The translations under genes were made by a program, and so were the position numbers. 32,943 nt of DNA, from the IMG/VR virus record IMGVR_UViG_2854660797_000003, positions 1-32,943 of that record. One strand, given 5' to 3'. The notes under the pieces were generated by a model. That model made no database searches. It worked only from the letters and a program-made list of their open reading frames with translations, and was not told the origin of the DNA. This DNA is from a virus. Shown one piece after another: positions 1-7,771 of this stretch. Within the stretch, counting starts at the first letter, position 1. Each line of letters opens with the position of its first letter.

Positions 1-312
1 ATGAGCGAAAACGACACAACCATGACCACCCTTGCGACCGCGCTGGAAACGTTGGCCGGAGTATTGCGGGAGCTGGCAACCACGCCTGTTCCTTCTACGC
101 CTGAATCGTCTTCCGTTTCCATTTTCGGAGCAATCGAAAAGAAATACGCTAAAAGCTCCACCTTAGCCACTTATTATGACATTTCGTCCCGTCAGATGGA
201 TAACATCCTGGCACGGGCGGGCAAGAATGTAAGAAGGCTGGAAGGAGTCGGAAAAGGAACCCTTTATAACATGGAAGACGTGGAAAAATACTTAACTAAC
301 AAAAGAAAATGA
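1..312 (+). CDS. Small DNA-binding protein, excisionase/AlpA-like HTH (Xis or early regulator candidate)
   Basis: ORF starts at the ATG at position 1 and could extend left of the window. The C-terminal STLATYYDISSRQMDNIL...GKGTLYNMEDVEKYL resembles an excisionase-type HTH. Its stop overlaps the next start (ATGA at 309). Confidence 0.4.
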   Translation: MSENDTTMTTLATALETLAGVLRELATTPVPSTPESSSVSIFGAIEKKYAKSSTLATYYDISSRQMDNILARAGKNVRRLEGVGKGTLYNMEDVEKYLTNKRK

Positions 313-689
313 CCACACATCAACACATCATTGACCGGGGCCCCTTCAAGGGGATGGTGGAAACGATCACCAACAACCCGCACCCAGCCAAGACGGCGCG
401 CTGCTACATGTGCGCTGAACCGCTGAAAGCCTCGTCTTCATGGATGTCCCTCGTTGGGGACCATCAGGACGGAGTCTACACCGCGCGCTTTCTGTGCCCG
501 TTATGCGCCAGGGAACGCCTCAACGGCATCCCGGACGAAGCGGAGCGCTGCTGGAACTATACCCAAGCCGCCCAATCAGGGCCCCGGATTACCAAAATCC
601 TCGCTTACCTGATTTTCTGGTGTGGACTGGTTACTGCCGGAGGAACATTCCTCTTCTTAATTTTCCTCCTGCTCAAAAACCTTTTTTAA
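309..689 (+). CDS. Hypothetical Zn-ribbon protein with C-terminal transmembrane helix
   Basis: 126 aa ORF, translationally coupled to the upstream gene. It has CxxC...CxxC (CYMCAEPL, CPLCARE) and a hydrophobic tail ILAYLIFWCGLVTAGGTFLFLIFLLL. Confidence 0.4.
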   Translation: MTTHQHIIDRGPFKGMVETITNNPHPAKTARCYMCAEPLKASSSWMSLVGDHQDGVYTARFLCPLCARERLNGIPDEAERCWNYTQAAQSGPRITKILAYLIFWCGLVTAGGTFLFLIFLLLKNLF

Positions 690-715
690 CTGATTAACTA
701 AATAAATAAAATATT

Positions 716-1327
716 ATGCAAAAATATAAATTCACAGGGATAACGAAAGAGGTATACGGACGCACTCTGAATCAAATTGCATGCGTAACCGCATTTGCCT
801 CCATAAAGTCCGGAGAGATAGGAGGCTACATTGAAAAAGAAGCTAATCTGTCCCAAGACGGGGATGCCTGGGTCTACGAGAACGCCGAGGTCTACGGGAA
901 CGCCTGGGTCTACGAGAACGCCAAGGTCTGCGGGGATGCCAAGGTCTACGAGAACGCCTGGGTCTGCGGGAACGCCAAGGTCTACGAGAACGCCGAGGTC
1001 TACGGGAACGCCAAGGTCTGCGGGAACGCCAAGGTCTACGGGAACGCCAAGGTCTGCGGGGAGGCTATTTTAAGACGTGGCTTCACCGAAAAAGTGACTG
1101 ACTATATTGTAATTGGACCGCAGGGAACTCGCAGTAGTTTCGCGACCTTTCATTTACATTCAAACACCGTGTGTACTGGATGCTTTGTCGGCAACCTGAA
1201 TGAATTCAAAAAAGCCGTTTATAAAACTCACAATCCAGATCAAGGTAGAGTAACCTTCAATAATCAGTATCAGCGCGTTATACGAGTGTTTGAATTTTTG
1301 CAAGAGCAAGACAAAGATGCTCAATAA
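716..1327 (+). CDS. Hexapeptide-repeat (left-handed beta-helix type) protein of unknown function
   Basis: 203 aa ORF preceded by an AT-rich region. The central part is 11-12 tandem copies of [ND]A[KEW]V[YC][GE], which fits the [IV]-x-G-N-A-x hexapeptide pattern. Confidence 0.6.
   Translation: MQKYKFTGITKEVYGRTLNQIACVTAFASIKSGEIGGYIEKEANLSQDGDAWVYENAEVYGNAWVYENAKVCGDAKVYENAWVCGNAKVYENAEVYGNAKVCGNAKVYGNAKVCGEAILRRGFTEKVTDYIVIGPQGTRSSFATFHLHSNTVCTGCFVGNLNEFKKAVYKTHNPDQGRVTFNNQYQRVIRVFEFLQEQDKDAQ
863..1060 (+). repeat. 11 near-identical tandem 18-bp repeats (coding, inside the hexapeptide-repeat gene)
   Basis: Units such as aacgccaaggtctacgag / aacgccaaggtctgcggg were read directly. The period is exactly 18 nt (6 codons), and a 12th degenerate unit lies at 1061-1078. 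Confidence 0.9.
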
Positions 1328-1388
1328 TTAGAAAGCCGGGTCAGCGGCAACTGAACCCGGACTGTTAAACACAACATATCAAAATAAT

Positions 1389-2156
1389 ATGAATAAGAAT
1401 AACAACGTAAACACAACTAACACAGAAGACCCAGCCAATCAAGCCCCATGTGTGTCCAAGCCGATCGCCCCCATGCTGGTGGAATTGGCGGAAAGGATGG
1501 GAGTCAACCCCTCCCAGGCATACATGACCATTAAAGCGACCATTGCGCCCAAAGCCACCAATGAGGAACTCATGGCCTTTTGCGTCGTCGCCAACCAATA
1601 CAAACTGAATCCCTTCCTCAAAGAAATTTACGCGTTCCCAGGAAAAAACGGGGGGATAGTGCCTATTGTCGGCATCGACGGATGGCTTAAACTGATCAAC
1701 ACGCATCCGAAATTTGACGGCATGGACGTGGAAATGAGCGGTGACGGGGAGTCATGCACTTGCCGAATCTACCGGAAAGATAACCAACACCCGACCGTCA
1801 TCACGGAGTTCTTGACCGAATGCAAGAAGAACACGGATCCGTGGCGTCAATGGCCGCGTCGCATGCTGCGACACAAAGCCATCATGCAGTGTGGACGCGT
1901 GGCCTTCGGCTTCGGAGGCATCTACGACGAAGACGAAGGAAAAGACGTCGCCGGAGGAATGAGGAACGCAACACCGGAAAAAACAGACGGACCACCCGAA
2001 TGGGAAACTCCGTGGAACAACGCTCCGTCCCCTGAAGAATTCCGTGAAGAACCGCAGGACGCCCTGCCGGAACCTGAACAGCAGGACGACTTTATTCCGG
2101 GCCTGGAAATCCCGGAAGCGAAAGAATACGCAACCGCCAACATGGAGGACTATTGA
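1389..2156 (+). CDS. bet: Phage single-strand annealing recombinase, lambda Bet family
   Basis: 255 aa. Long stretches match lambda Bet as I recall it: VANQYKLNPFLKEIYAFP..GGIVPIVGIDGW, CTCRIYRKD..HP, RMLRHKAIMQCGRVAFGFGGIYDEDE. Confidence 0.9.
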   Translation: MNKNNNVNTTNTEDPANQAPCVSKPIAPMLVELAERMGVNPSQAYMTIKATIAPKATNEELMAFCVVANQYKLNPFLKEIYAFPGKNGGIVPIVGIDGWLKLINTHPKFDGMDVEMSGDGESCTCRIYRKDNQHPTVITEFLTECKKNTDPWRQWPRRMLRHKAIMQCGRVAFGFGGIYDEDEGKDVAGGMRNATPEKTDGPPEWETPWNNAPSPEEFREEPQDALPEPEQQDDFIPGLEIPEAKEYATANMEDY

Positions 2157-2157
2157 A

Positions 2158-2847
2158 ATGAGCCTGTCCAAGAACTGCATTGTCTACGAAAACATCTACC
2201 AGCGTTCGGAAGCCTGGTTTAAGCTGCGCGCCGGCCGTCTGACCGCGAGCAACTTTAAGCGGCTGCTGACGCCCACGGGAAAGAAACCCCAGCCCAGAAC
2301 GCACCAGGAAAGGGGCCCTTGGGGAGAACTCATCATTGATCTGTGCTGCTCCTTCCTGCGGCCCGATGAAATCAAGTGGGAAGGCAACCGTCATACGGAC
2401 CAGGGAGAAGAGCTGGAACCGGAAGCCCGGGACGAATTCAGAACCATCACGGGAATGACCGTCAAGGAAGTGGGGTTCGTCCTTTGCCAAGACGGACCGG
2501 TGGGATGCAGCCCTGACGGGCTCATCGTTGACCAGTCCGGCGACTACATGGCGGGCCTTGAAATCAAGTGCCCCCTCTCCAAGACTCACGCCCTCTACCT
2601 GCTCAACGGCGAGCTGCCTCCCGAATACCGTCCCCAGGTGCACGGATCCATGGCAGTGACGGGGCTGCGGACATGGTATTTTTTCTCCTATTGCCGGGGC
2701 TTGCGTCCCTTCCTGCTCAAAGTAAACTGGGACGCCTACACCGACCAAATCAACGAGACGCTGAATGATTTCAAGCGAGAATACCGTGATCAGTTTGATG
2801 TGATCATGCCTCAAATCCGTCCGGTTATAGAAGGGAGGGCGGCATAA
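2158..2847 (+). CDS. YqaJ-type (lambda Exo-like, PD-(D/E)XK) recombination exonuclease
   Basis: The ATG at 2158 lies just after the bet stop; the ORF track begins earlier, at 2044. The QRSEAWFKLRAGRLTASNF motif and SPDG...LEIKCP catalytic signature are typical of YqaJ. Its position next to bet supports the call. Confidence 0.8.
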   Translation: MSLSKNCIVYENIYQRSEAWFKLRAGRLTASNFKRLLTPTGKKPQPRTHQERGPWGELIIDLCCSFLRPDEIKWEGNRHTDQGEELEPEARDEFRTITGMTVKEVGFVLCQDGPVGCSPDGLIVDQSGDYMAGLEIKCPLSKTHALYLLNGELPPEYRPQVHGSMAVTGLRTWYFFSYCRGLRPFLLKVNWDAYTDQINETLNDFKREYRDQFDVIMPQIRPVIEGRAA

Positions 2848-3359
2848 TGAGCAAGCGCATCTTAGGTCTTGATCTGTCGCTAACCGCTACAGGGTGGGCT
2901 CTGGTGTGGGATGGTTCCCCTAAATGGGGCGTCATCAAATCCAGGAACAGGAGCGTTAAACGTCTCTCTGAAATCCGCAATGCGGTGCTGGACATCATCA
3001 ACCAAACACAGCCTTCCCTTGCTGTTATTGAGGGGTATTCCTATGGATCTTCCCAGGGCATGGCCGGGCTGGCGGAATTGGGCGGCGTTATTCGCCTCCT
3101 GCTCCTGGACATGGGAATACCTTTCATCGTTGTTGCACCTGCCACCAATAAGAAATTTGCAACGGGGAAGGGCAATGCGGAAAAGGATTTGATGCTCAAA
3201 CGCGTTTTTCAGCATTGGGCGGCGGATATGAGCAATAATAACGAGGCGGACGCTTTTGCCCTGGCCCAGTTTGGCCGCTGCTACCTCAACCAGGAGGGCT
3301 TTTGTGATTATCAAACAAAAACCGTTGAAACCTACAAAAGAAAGGAACTCGGAAAATGA
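2847..3359 (+). CDS. RuvC-like Holliday junction resolvase
   Basis: 170 aa. ILGLDLSLTATGWAL (first catalytic Asp), VIEGYSYG (Glu) and NNEADAFALAQFG (C-terminal acidic pair) fit the RuvC fold. The start overlaps the upstream stop (TAATG). Confidence 0.8.
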   Translation: MSKRILGLDLSLTATGWALVWDGSPKWGVIKSRNRSVKRLSEIRNAVLDIINQTQPSLAVIEGYSYGSSQGMAGLAELGGVIRLLLLDMGIPFIVVAPATNKKFATGKGNAEKDLMLKRVFQHWAADMSNNNEADAFALAQFGRCYLNQEGFCDYQTKTVETYKRKELGK

Positions 3360-3691
3360 GCCCGGAAGAAAGAGAGAAAAAACGGCTCTGGATGGAGGAA
3401 TACAACCGCAGAAGAAAAGCCTCTGTCACCAAAACCGCACAGGCCGATCTGGATGACCTCAACGCCATTTGCGGCACCTGCTTCCGGATCGGACAGCAAA
3501 TAACGGCTATGGGCGTTAGAGGCACCGTTTCCGGTGCTCTGAAAGGCGGGTATCTCCTGGTTAAGCACAAGAAGAGAACTTACCACATTAACCCACATGA
3601 CGCCTACCCCGTGATCAACCTGTCCGGCACCGTCACTTTTGACGACTGGACCATGGGTCCGAACGGAAAACTTAAAATCAAGAAAGGATAA
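3356..3691 (+). CDS. Hypothetical early protein
   Basis: 111 aa ORF, translationally coupled (ATGA overlap at 3356-3359). No motif recognised. Confidence 0.45.
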   Translation: MSPEEREKKRLWMEEYNRRRKASVTKTAQADLDDLNAICGTCFRIGQQITAMGVRGTVSGALKGGYLLVKHKKRTYHINPHDAYPVINLSGTVTFDDWTMGPNGKLKIKKG

Positions 3692-3697
3692 ATTAAA

Positions 3698-3979
3698 ATG
3701 AACAATGTCTATTGCGATAAACCCGGCCATGGCGCTTACCCGCTCCGGGCTTGTGAAAAAGACGGGAAAATTTTTGTGGACATGGATTCTTGCACGGAAT
3801 GCGGTCCGCAGAAAATGGAAGAAGAAGAGGTATATCAGTCCTTTTTGGATAGACTGCGTATCCTTTCCAATCAGCTGGACAGCCTGAAATGGGATCTGGA
3901 CGGATTAAAGTATGATAGCGAGTCATTAAAGGATGACGTGGATGAACTGATTAAAGACTATGAAAAAGAAAACGCCTAA
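3698..3979 (+). CDS. Hypothetical early protein (Cys pair plus acidic coiled-coil tail)
   Basis: 93 aa ORF with tight spacing in the operon. No family recognised. Confidence 0.4.
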   Translation: MNNVYCDKPGHGAYPLRACEKDGKIFVDMDSCTECGPQKMEEEEVYQSFLDRLRILSNQLDSLKWDLDGLKYDSESLKDDVDELIKDYEKENA

Positions 3980-4343
3980 ATGCCCTCTTTGCGGCACACC
4001 TTTGAAAGCCATACGAGGATATGATGTCCATGGGATAACAACCGATTGGGTTGCTGGTTGCTACAACTGCTTCTTCCAGAGTTCCCATTTTTGGAAAACC
4101 AAGAAAGCGTGCATTGAAGATATGGATAGGCTTGTTTCTTTGTTTCCTCCCATCATGAGGGTGCAGGTTGGTGATAAGTTACATTTTATAGACAGGTCTC
4201 TTAAGTATCAGTACTGGGCTACACTTACGGACGTTGATGTGAATGATGCCTGGATCAGGACAGATAAAGGCTCATGCCGCCCGGACGACGTGCTTAAATG
4301 GCCATGGGAGCTTAACAGGAAGGAGGCCAGCAATGATATTTGA
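3960..4343 (+). CDS. Hypothetical Zn-ribbon protein
   Basis: 127 aa with CPLCG...CYNC near the N-terminus. It overlaps the upstream gene by 20 nt. Confidence 0.4.
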   Translation: MKKKTPKCPLCGTPLKAIRGYDVHGITTDWVAGCYNCFFQSSHFWKTKKACIEDMDRLVSLFPPIMRVQVGDKLHFIDRSLKYQYWATLTDVDVNDAWIRTDKGSCRPDDVLKWPWELNRKEASNDI

Positions 4344-4485
4344 TATTGCGCAACTTATAGTTGTTTTAGTATCCATTTTCTCATTTGGGTATTACCTCTA
4401 TTTAGCGGGCCAATACAAAGGATTTCTTAAAGCGATTGAAGTCTACTTAAAATATGAGGAAAAAGAAAATGAAGATGACGCCTGA
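4333..4485 (+). CDS. Small single-pass membrane protein (50 aa)
   Basis: The ATG at 4333 is preceded by AGGAGG (4321-4326) and overlaps the upstream stop. Hydrophobic IAQLIVVLVSIFSFGYYLYL is followed by an acidic tail. The ORF track starts earlier (4243), inside the previous gene. Confidence 0.35.
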   Translation: MIFDIAQLIVVLVSIFSFGYYLYLAGQYKGFLKAIEVYLKYEEKENEDDA

Positions 4486-4822
4486 ACAGAAAGCGTTTTA
4501 CGAATGCGGAAAATCCGTGGAGTCCGTCAGGGAAACCATTCAGAAAATCCGGCAACACGCCATTCATGAATTTGGAGAGCCATATTACCTTTTGATGCCC
4601 TCTGAAAAAAGGATCTTAAGAATGGCAACGGACCTTGCCGGGAAAATCCATACCGTCCGCCAGAAACGGGCCGCGTGCAGGGCGTGGCAGGTTAAAGAGA
4701 GGTACTGTGGGAATTGTAAATATTCAGACTATTATGAATGGGATGTTCCATGTTGCGAATGCTCTCATGCCAATATCGCAGAAATCATGGACCGCTGGGA
4801 GCCGAGAAAGGAGGGAGAGTGA
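4454..4822 (+). CDS. Hypothetical Cys-rich protein
   Basis: 122 aa ORF with CGNC...CCEC. The start is uncertain (ATG at 4454, 4469 or 4475). Confidence 0.4.
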   Translation: MRKKKMKMTPEQKAFYECGKSVESVRETIQKIRQHAIHEFGEPYYLLMPSEKRILRMATDLAGKIHTVRQKRAACRAWQVKERYCGNCKYSDYYEWDVPCCECSHANIAEIMDRWEPRKEGE

Positions 4823-5139
4823 ACAGGTATCACCGAAAATGGCTTCGGATATTTCGTCGTCGTGAAAATGCGTTTCTCCGTCGCGTTTTCTTTAGGGACG
4901 GAGAGCATGAACATGGAAAAAGGTATGAGACCATGCGAAAAGCGGCCCGAAGACTTAATGCGCTCCGCATGAGGCATGTATGGAATAAGCCGTGGATTCC
5001 TATTGATGACAAGGGGAGGGCTCTGAAATACACGGCGGACGCCGCGGGGGAGAACACGGATGTGAATCCGCATAACTCGCTGGAAAACGCACCCGCCCAG
5101 GTGGGGGAAACCCTGGCGGACGGAAAGGAGGGGGAATGA
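4819..5139 (+). CDS. Hypothetical basic protein
   Basis: The GTG at 4819 is preceded by AAGGAGGGAG and overlaps the upstream stop (GTGA). The ORF track start at 4738 would overlap the previous gene by 85 nt. Confidence 0.35.
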   Translation: MNRYHRKWLRIFRRRENAFLRRVFFRDGEHEHGKRYETMRKAARRLNALRMRHVWNKPWIPIDDKGRALKYTADAAGENTDVNPHNSLENAPAQVGETLADGKEGE

Positions 5140-5606
5140 AAGCCATTCTTGACGCCTGCTGCGGCTCCCGCATGTTCTGGTTTGACCGCCGCCATCCTGA
5201 CGTGGTGTTCATGGACCGCCGGGAGGAAACGCACACGCTTTGCGACGGGCGCACTCTGGAAATCAAGCCGGACGTCGTCGTGGACTTCCGGGAGATGCCT
5301 TTCAGCGACGGGGAGTTTCGCCTTGTCGTGTTCGACCCTCCGCACCTGATTCACGCCGGGGAATCGTCCTGGCTGGCCAAGAAATACGGAAAACTGGACA
5401 GGGAGACTTGGCAGGAGGATTTGAAGGCCGGATTCCGGGAGTGCTTCCGGGTTTTGGAACCGGGCGGCGTTCTGGTGTTCAAATGGTGTGAGGATCAGGT
5501 CAGCACGGCAGAAGTGTTGAAGCTGGCCAGCCATGAACCTTTGTTCGGGCACCGCCGCGGGAAGACCGTCTTCCTGGTCTTTATGAAATCTACAACCCCC
5601 AACTGA
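5136..5606 (+). CDS. Small SAM-dependent N-methyltransferase (orphan, DPPH motif IV)
   Basis: 156 aa. ILDACCGS fits motif I and VVFDPPH fits motif IV of amino-methyltransferases; LEPGGVLVFKW also fits. No adjacent restriction gene. Confidence 0.65.
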   Translation: MKAILDACCGSRMFWFDRRHPDVVFMDRREETHTLCDGRTLEIKPDVVVDFREMPFSDGEFRLVVFDPPHLIHAGESSWLAKKYGKLDRETWQEDLKAGFRECFRVLEPGGVLVFKWCEDQVSTAEVLKLASHEPLFGHRRGKTVFLVFMKSTTPN

Positions 5607-5617
5607 CGCTTTTTGAT

Positions 5618-6379
5618 ATGGCCGGAGACTGGATCAAGGTTGAACACACGACACCGGACAAACCCGAAGTGGTGAAGCTAGCCGGCATCCTTGGAATTGA
5701 TCAGGATGCCGTTGTCGGCAAGCTGCTTCGCCTCTGGATTTGGGCTGATCAACAATCCGTTTCTGGTAACGCCATTACCGTTACAAATTCGTTTCTCGAC
5801 CGTCTCGTATTCTGCCCCGGCTTCGCCGCTGGGCTTGTCAAAGTCGGCTGGTTGAATGGACGCGAGGGCCTCCTTTCAATCCCCAATTTTGACCGCCACA
5901 ACGGCCAATCCGCCAAGAATAGGGCCAATACGAACCGCCGTGTTGCGAATAGCAGAAAAGCTCATCATGAGCGAGTTGTAAAAACATGTAACGAAAATGT
6001 AACGCTTGAACCGTTACAAAAACCGTTACCAGAGAAGAGAAGAGAAGATACTACTACAACTACAACCGGGCGCGAGGTCTGCCAATTTCCGAAGGATGTT
6101 TCCGAGGTTGACCGTTTTATAGCCGCCCAGGTTCTGCACCCAATCGGAGACGAGCTAACCCGGTGCGCGGAACGGTTTTTCAACGAGCAGTCCGCCGTTG
6201 GATGGCGAAACCGGCACGGCGTCCCCCTGGCAGACTGGCGGCCCATGGCTCGCCAATACGCTGCCACCTGGGCCCGGAACAATGCGAACCCGCCCGGGCT
6301 GAAACCCGCCAATGCCGCGGAATCCCCGACAAAATCAACGACTAAACCATCAAGACGAGATGACCTCTGGAAAGATTGA
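5618..6379 (+). CDS. Putative replication initiator / replisome organiser
   Basis: 253 aa lying immediately upstream of the DnaC-like loader. The N-terminal WIKVEHTTPDKPEVVKLAGILGIDQDAVVGKLLRLWIWADQQ resembles phage replisome-organiser N-domains. An iteron-like cluster lies in its central linker. Confidence 0.5.
   Translation: MAGDWIKVEHTTPDKPEVVKLAGILGIDQDAVVGKLLRLWIWADQQSVSGNAITVTNSFLDRLVFCPGFAAGLVKVGWLNGREGLLSIPNFDRHNGQSAKNRANTNRRVANSRKAHHERVVKTCNENVTLEPLQKPLPEKRREDTTTTTTGREVCQFPKDVSEVDRFIAAQVLHPIGDELTRCAERFFNEQSAVGWRNRHGVPLADWRPMARQYAATWARNNANPPGLKPANAAESPTKSTTKPSRRDDLWKD
5986..6029. promoter_or_regulatory. Iteron-like cluster (candidate phage origin) inside the organiser gene
   Basis: ATGTAACG occurs at 5986 and 5997 (11-bp phasing). 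The inverted AACCGTTAC occurs at 6009 and 6021 (12-bp phasing). A low-GC purine-rich tract follows at 6031-6066, and another inverted GTAACG/CGTTAC pair lies at 5766-5784. Confidence 0.5.
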
Positions 6380-7100
6380 CGACCCCATTAAACCCCAGGG
6401 AGGACTGAAAGGAGTTAATCTTGAAAGCCTCCTGGAATCTATCACCCTGCTTGCCGAGGACGACGGAAGAAGCATTGAAGAGCTGGAAGCGGAAGCGCTG
6501 GCTGCTGAAAAGCAGCGGGAAGAAGAACGCCGAGCGGCATACGAACGCCTTGGCCTGATTGACCGCGGTTTTCCCCGCCGAGCTATTGATTGCCTTGACG
6601 AAGTAACCGGGGAACCATGGAAGAAAGCCCTGCGTGATGCCTACCGCCTCGTTTTGACGCCTGGGAGTATCATTGTACTGAACGGGCGATACGGCACCGG
6701 GAAAACGGTATTGAGCACGTTTCTTGGACGCCTCATGTACAGGCGAAAGAGGCGCGTCCTCTATACCAAGGCCTATGATTACACGATGGACTTGAGAGAG
6801 ACGTTTAACGGCAACGGCTCGGAATCCGATGTCATGAAGCGATACAAGGCCCCGTATCTTCTGGTGCTGGACGAGTATCACGAGGTCAAGGACACGGACT
6901 TTGCAGGCGCCGCGCTGGAAAGGCTCATTGACTATCGGCACCAGAACGGCAAACCGACCATCATCATCTCCAACTACAGCCCCGCCGCCCTTGAAGATCG
7001 ACTCGGGCCGGCCATTGTTTCCCGCATCCACCTTTGCGGCACCATCATCACCTGTGATTGGAAATCCTACCGCGAGATCAATTACCATCCCCGGGAATAG
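6360..7100 (+). CDS. DnaC/IstB-like AAA+ helicase loader
   Basis: Walker A NGRYGTGKT, Walker B LLVLDEY and IIISN (sensor) were recognised. The start could be ATG 6360 or ATG 6312. Confidence 0.8.
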   Translation: MTSGKIDDPIKPQGGLKGVNLESLLESITLLAEDDGRSIEELEAEALAAEKQREEERRAAYERLGLIDRGFPRRAIDCLDEVTGEPWKKALRDAYRLVLTPGSIIVLNGRYGTGKTVLSTFLGRLMYRRKRRVLYTKAYDYTMDLRETFNGNGSESDVMKRYKAPYLLVLDEYHEVKDTDFAGAALERLIDYRHQNGKPTIIISNYSPAALEDRLGPAIVSRIHLCGTIITCDWKSYREINYHPRE

Positions 7101-7134
7101 CCCTGGAATCTCGTATACCCTGGAATCTCGTATA
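7101..7134. repeat. Perfect tandem duplication, 2 x 17 bp (ccctggaatctcgtata)
   Basis: Read directly. The repeat fills the convergent gap between the DnaC-like stop (7098-7100) and the Cro-like gene stop (7138-7140). Confidence 0.9.
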
Positions 7135-7137
7135 GGC

Positions 7138-7338
7138 CTATTCTTCCGGCAATCCGTGACGGGTGATTAGCTCCATCAACAGCTCCATGGAAGGACTCGT
7201 TTTTCTGGACCCGCCCAACCATTGCCACACCGCCATTTCCGTCACACGCAACATTTGCGCAGCCTTTTTGACCGCAGAAGTTTTGGATCGCAAATGGTAT
7301 CTGGACTGCACCCAATCAACAAATTCTTGAATAGTCAT
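7138..7338 (-). CDS. Cro/YdaS-like HTH transcriptional regulator
   Basis: 66 aa. AVKKAAQMLRVTEMAVWQWLGG fits the Cro/YdaS-type HTH pattern. Confidence 0.55.
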   Translation of the reverse strand: MTIQEFVDWVQSRYHLRSKTSAVKKAAQMLRVTEMAVWQWLGGSRKTSPSMELLMELITRHGLPEE

Positions 7339-7345
7339 AGCTGTG

Positions 7346-7369
7346 CCAGGGCGGCATGCACCGCCCTGG
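7346..7369. other. Perfect 9-bp stem hairpin (CCAGGGCGG-catgca-CCGCCCTGG) between the acidic-protein gene and the Cro-like gene
   Basis: Read directly. No U-tract follows on either strand. On the minus-strand mRNA it ends 7 nt before the Cro-like ATG. Confidence 0.4.
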
Positions 7370-7377
7370 AATCATGG

Positions 7378-7701
7378 TTAGAGGGCTTCAACGCGGTCGG
7401 AGTCCTGGAACCAGTTAAGGTTTTCCGGGTCTATCTCTTCACCTTTCACCTGCGTGAAAGTCATGAAGATTTCCACGGGGTTTCCGTTTTCGTCGTATCC
7501 GGGCGCGGAGTATTCCGAGATGTATTCCTCTCCTTCTTCCGCGTCGTTGTAGCATCCGTCAAAAAGACGATTGGTTAATTCCATTTGGCGAGCAGCATAG
7601 TAGGTCTTGCCTTCAAAGTCGTAGCTGCCGAATTCGCATTCAAGAGCGGTCAGGTTGATTTCTTCTCCGTCTTCCATGGTGATGATTTTGTTGTCGTTCA
7701 T
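7378..7701 (-). CDS. Very acidic small protein (107 aa), function unknown
   Basis: Start chosen at MNDNK (ATG 7701-7699); the ORF track start at 7785 would run into the promoter region. The sequence is rich in D/E (EEGEEYISEYSAPGYDENGNPVE). Confidence 0.5.
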   Translation of the reverse strand: MNDNKIITMEDGEEINLTALECEFGSYDFEGKTYYAARQMELTNRLFDGCYNDAEEGEEYISEYSAPGYDENGNPVEIFMTFTQVKGEEIDPENLNWFQDSDRVEAL

Positions 7702-7771
7702 TGTTTTAGTCTTTCTGATTTGGTTTTGGATTGTGTCTTCGTTCGGTCCCTTACCTCCCGTCAACAAGGTC

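Noticed and set aside
863-1060. Possible CRISPR array or minisatellite (regular 18-bp repeats)
   Set aside because: The repeats are contiguous with no spacers, keep one reading frame, and encode a hexapeptide motif inside a complete ORF. The same logic applies to the collagen G-X-Y tract at 19013-19249.
1336-1360. Hairpin (CCGGGTCAG...CTGAACCCGG) after the hexapeptide-repeat gene as a terminator
   Set aside because: The stem has a bulge and no T-run follows it. The next gene (bet) starts 29 nt later in the same direction, so it is not reported as a terminator.
7222-7578. 118 aa plus-strand ORF
   Set aside because: It is antisense to the Cro-like and acidic-protein genes, which have a promoter, an HTH motif and sensible boundaries.
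7138-7701. Toxin-antitoxin pair (small HTH plus small partner)
   Set aside because: The partner is extremely acidic and has no recognisable toxin fold or motif. The gene order and the 39-nt hairpin-containing spacer do not resemble classic TA operons. It is kept only as part of the island finding.
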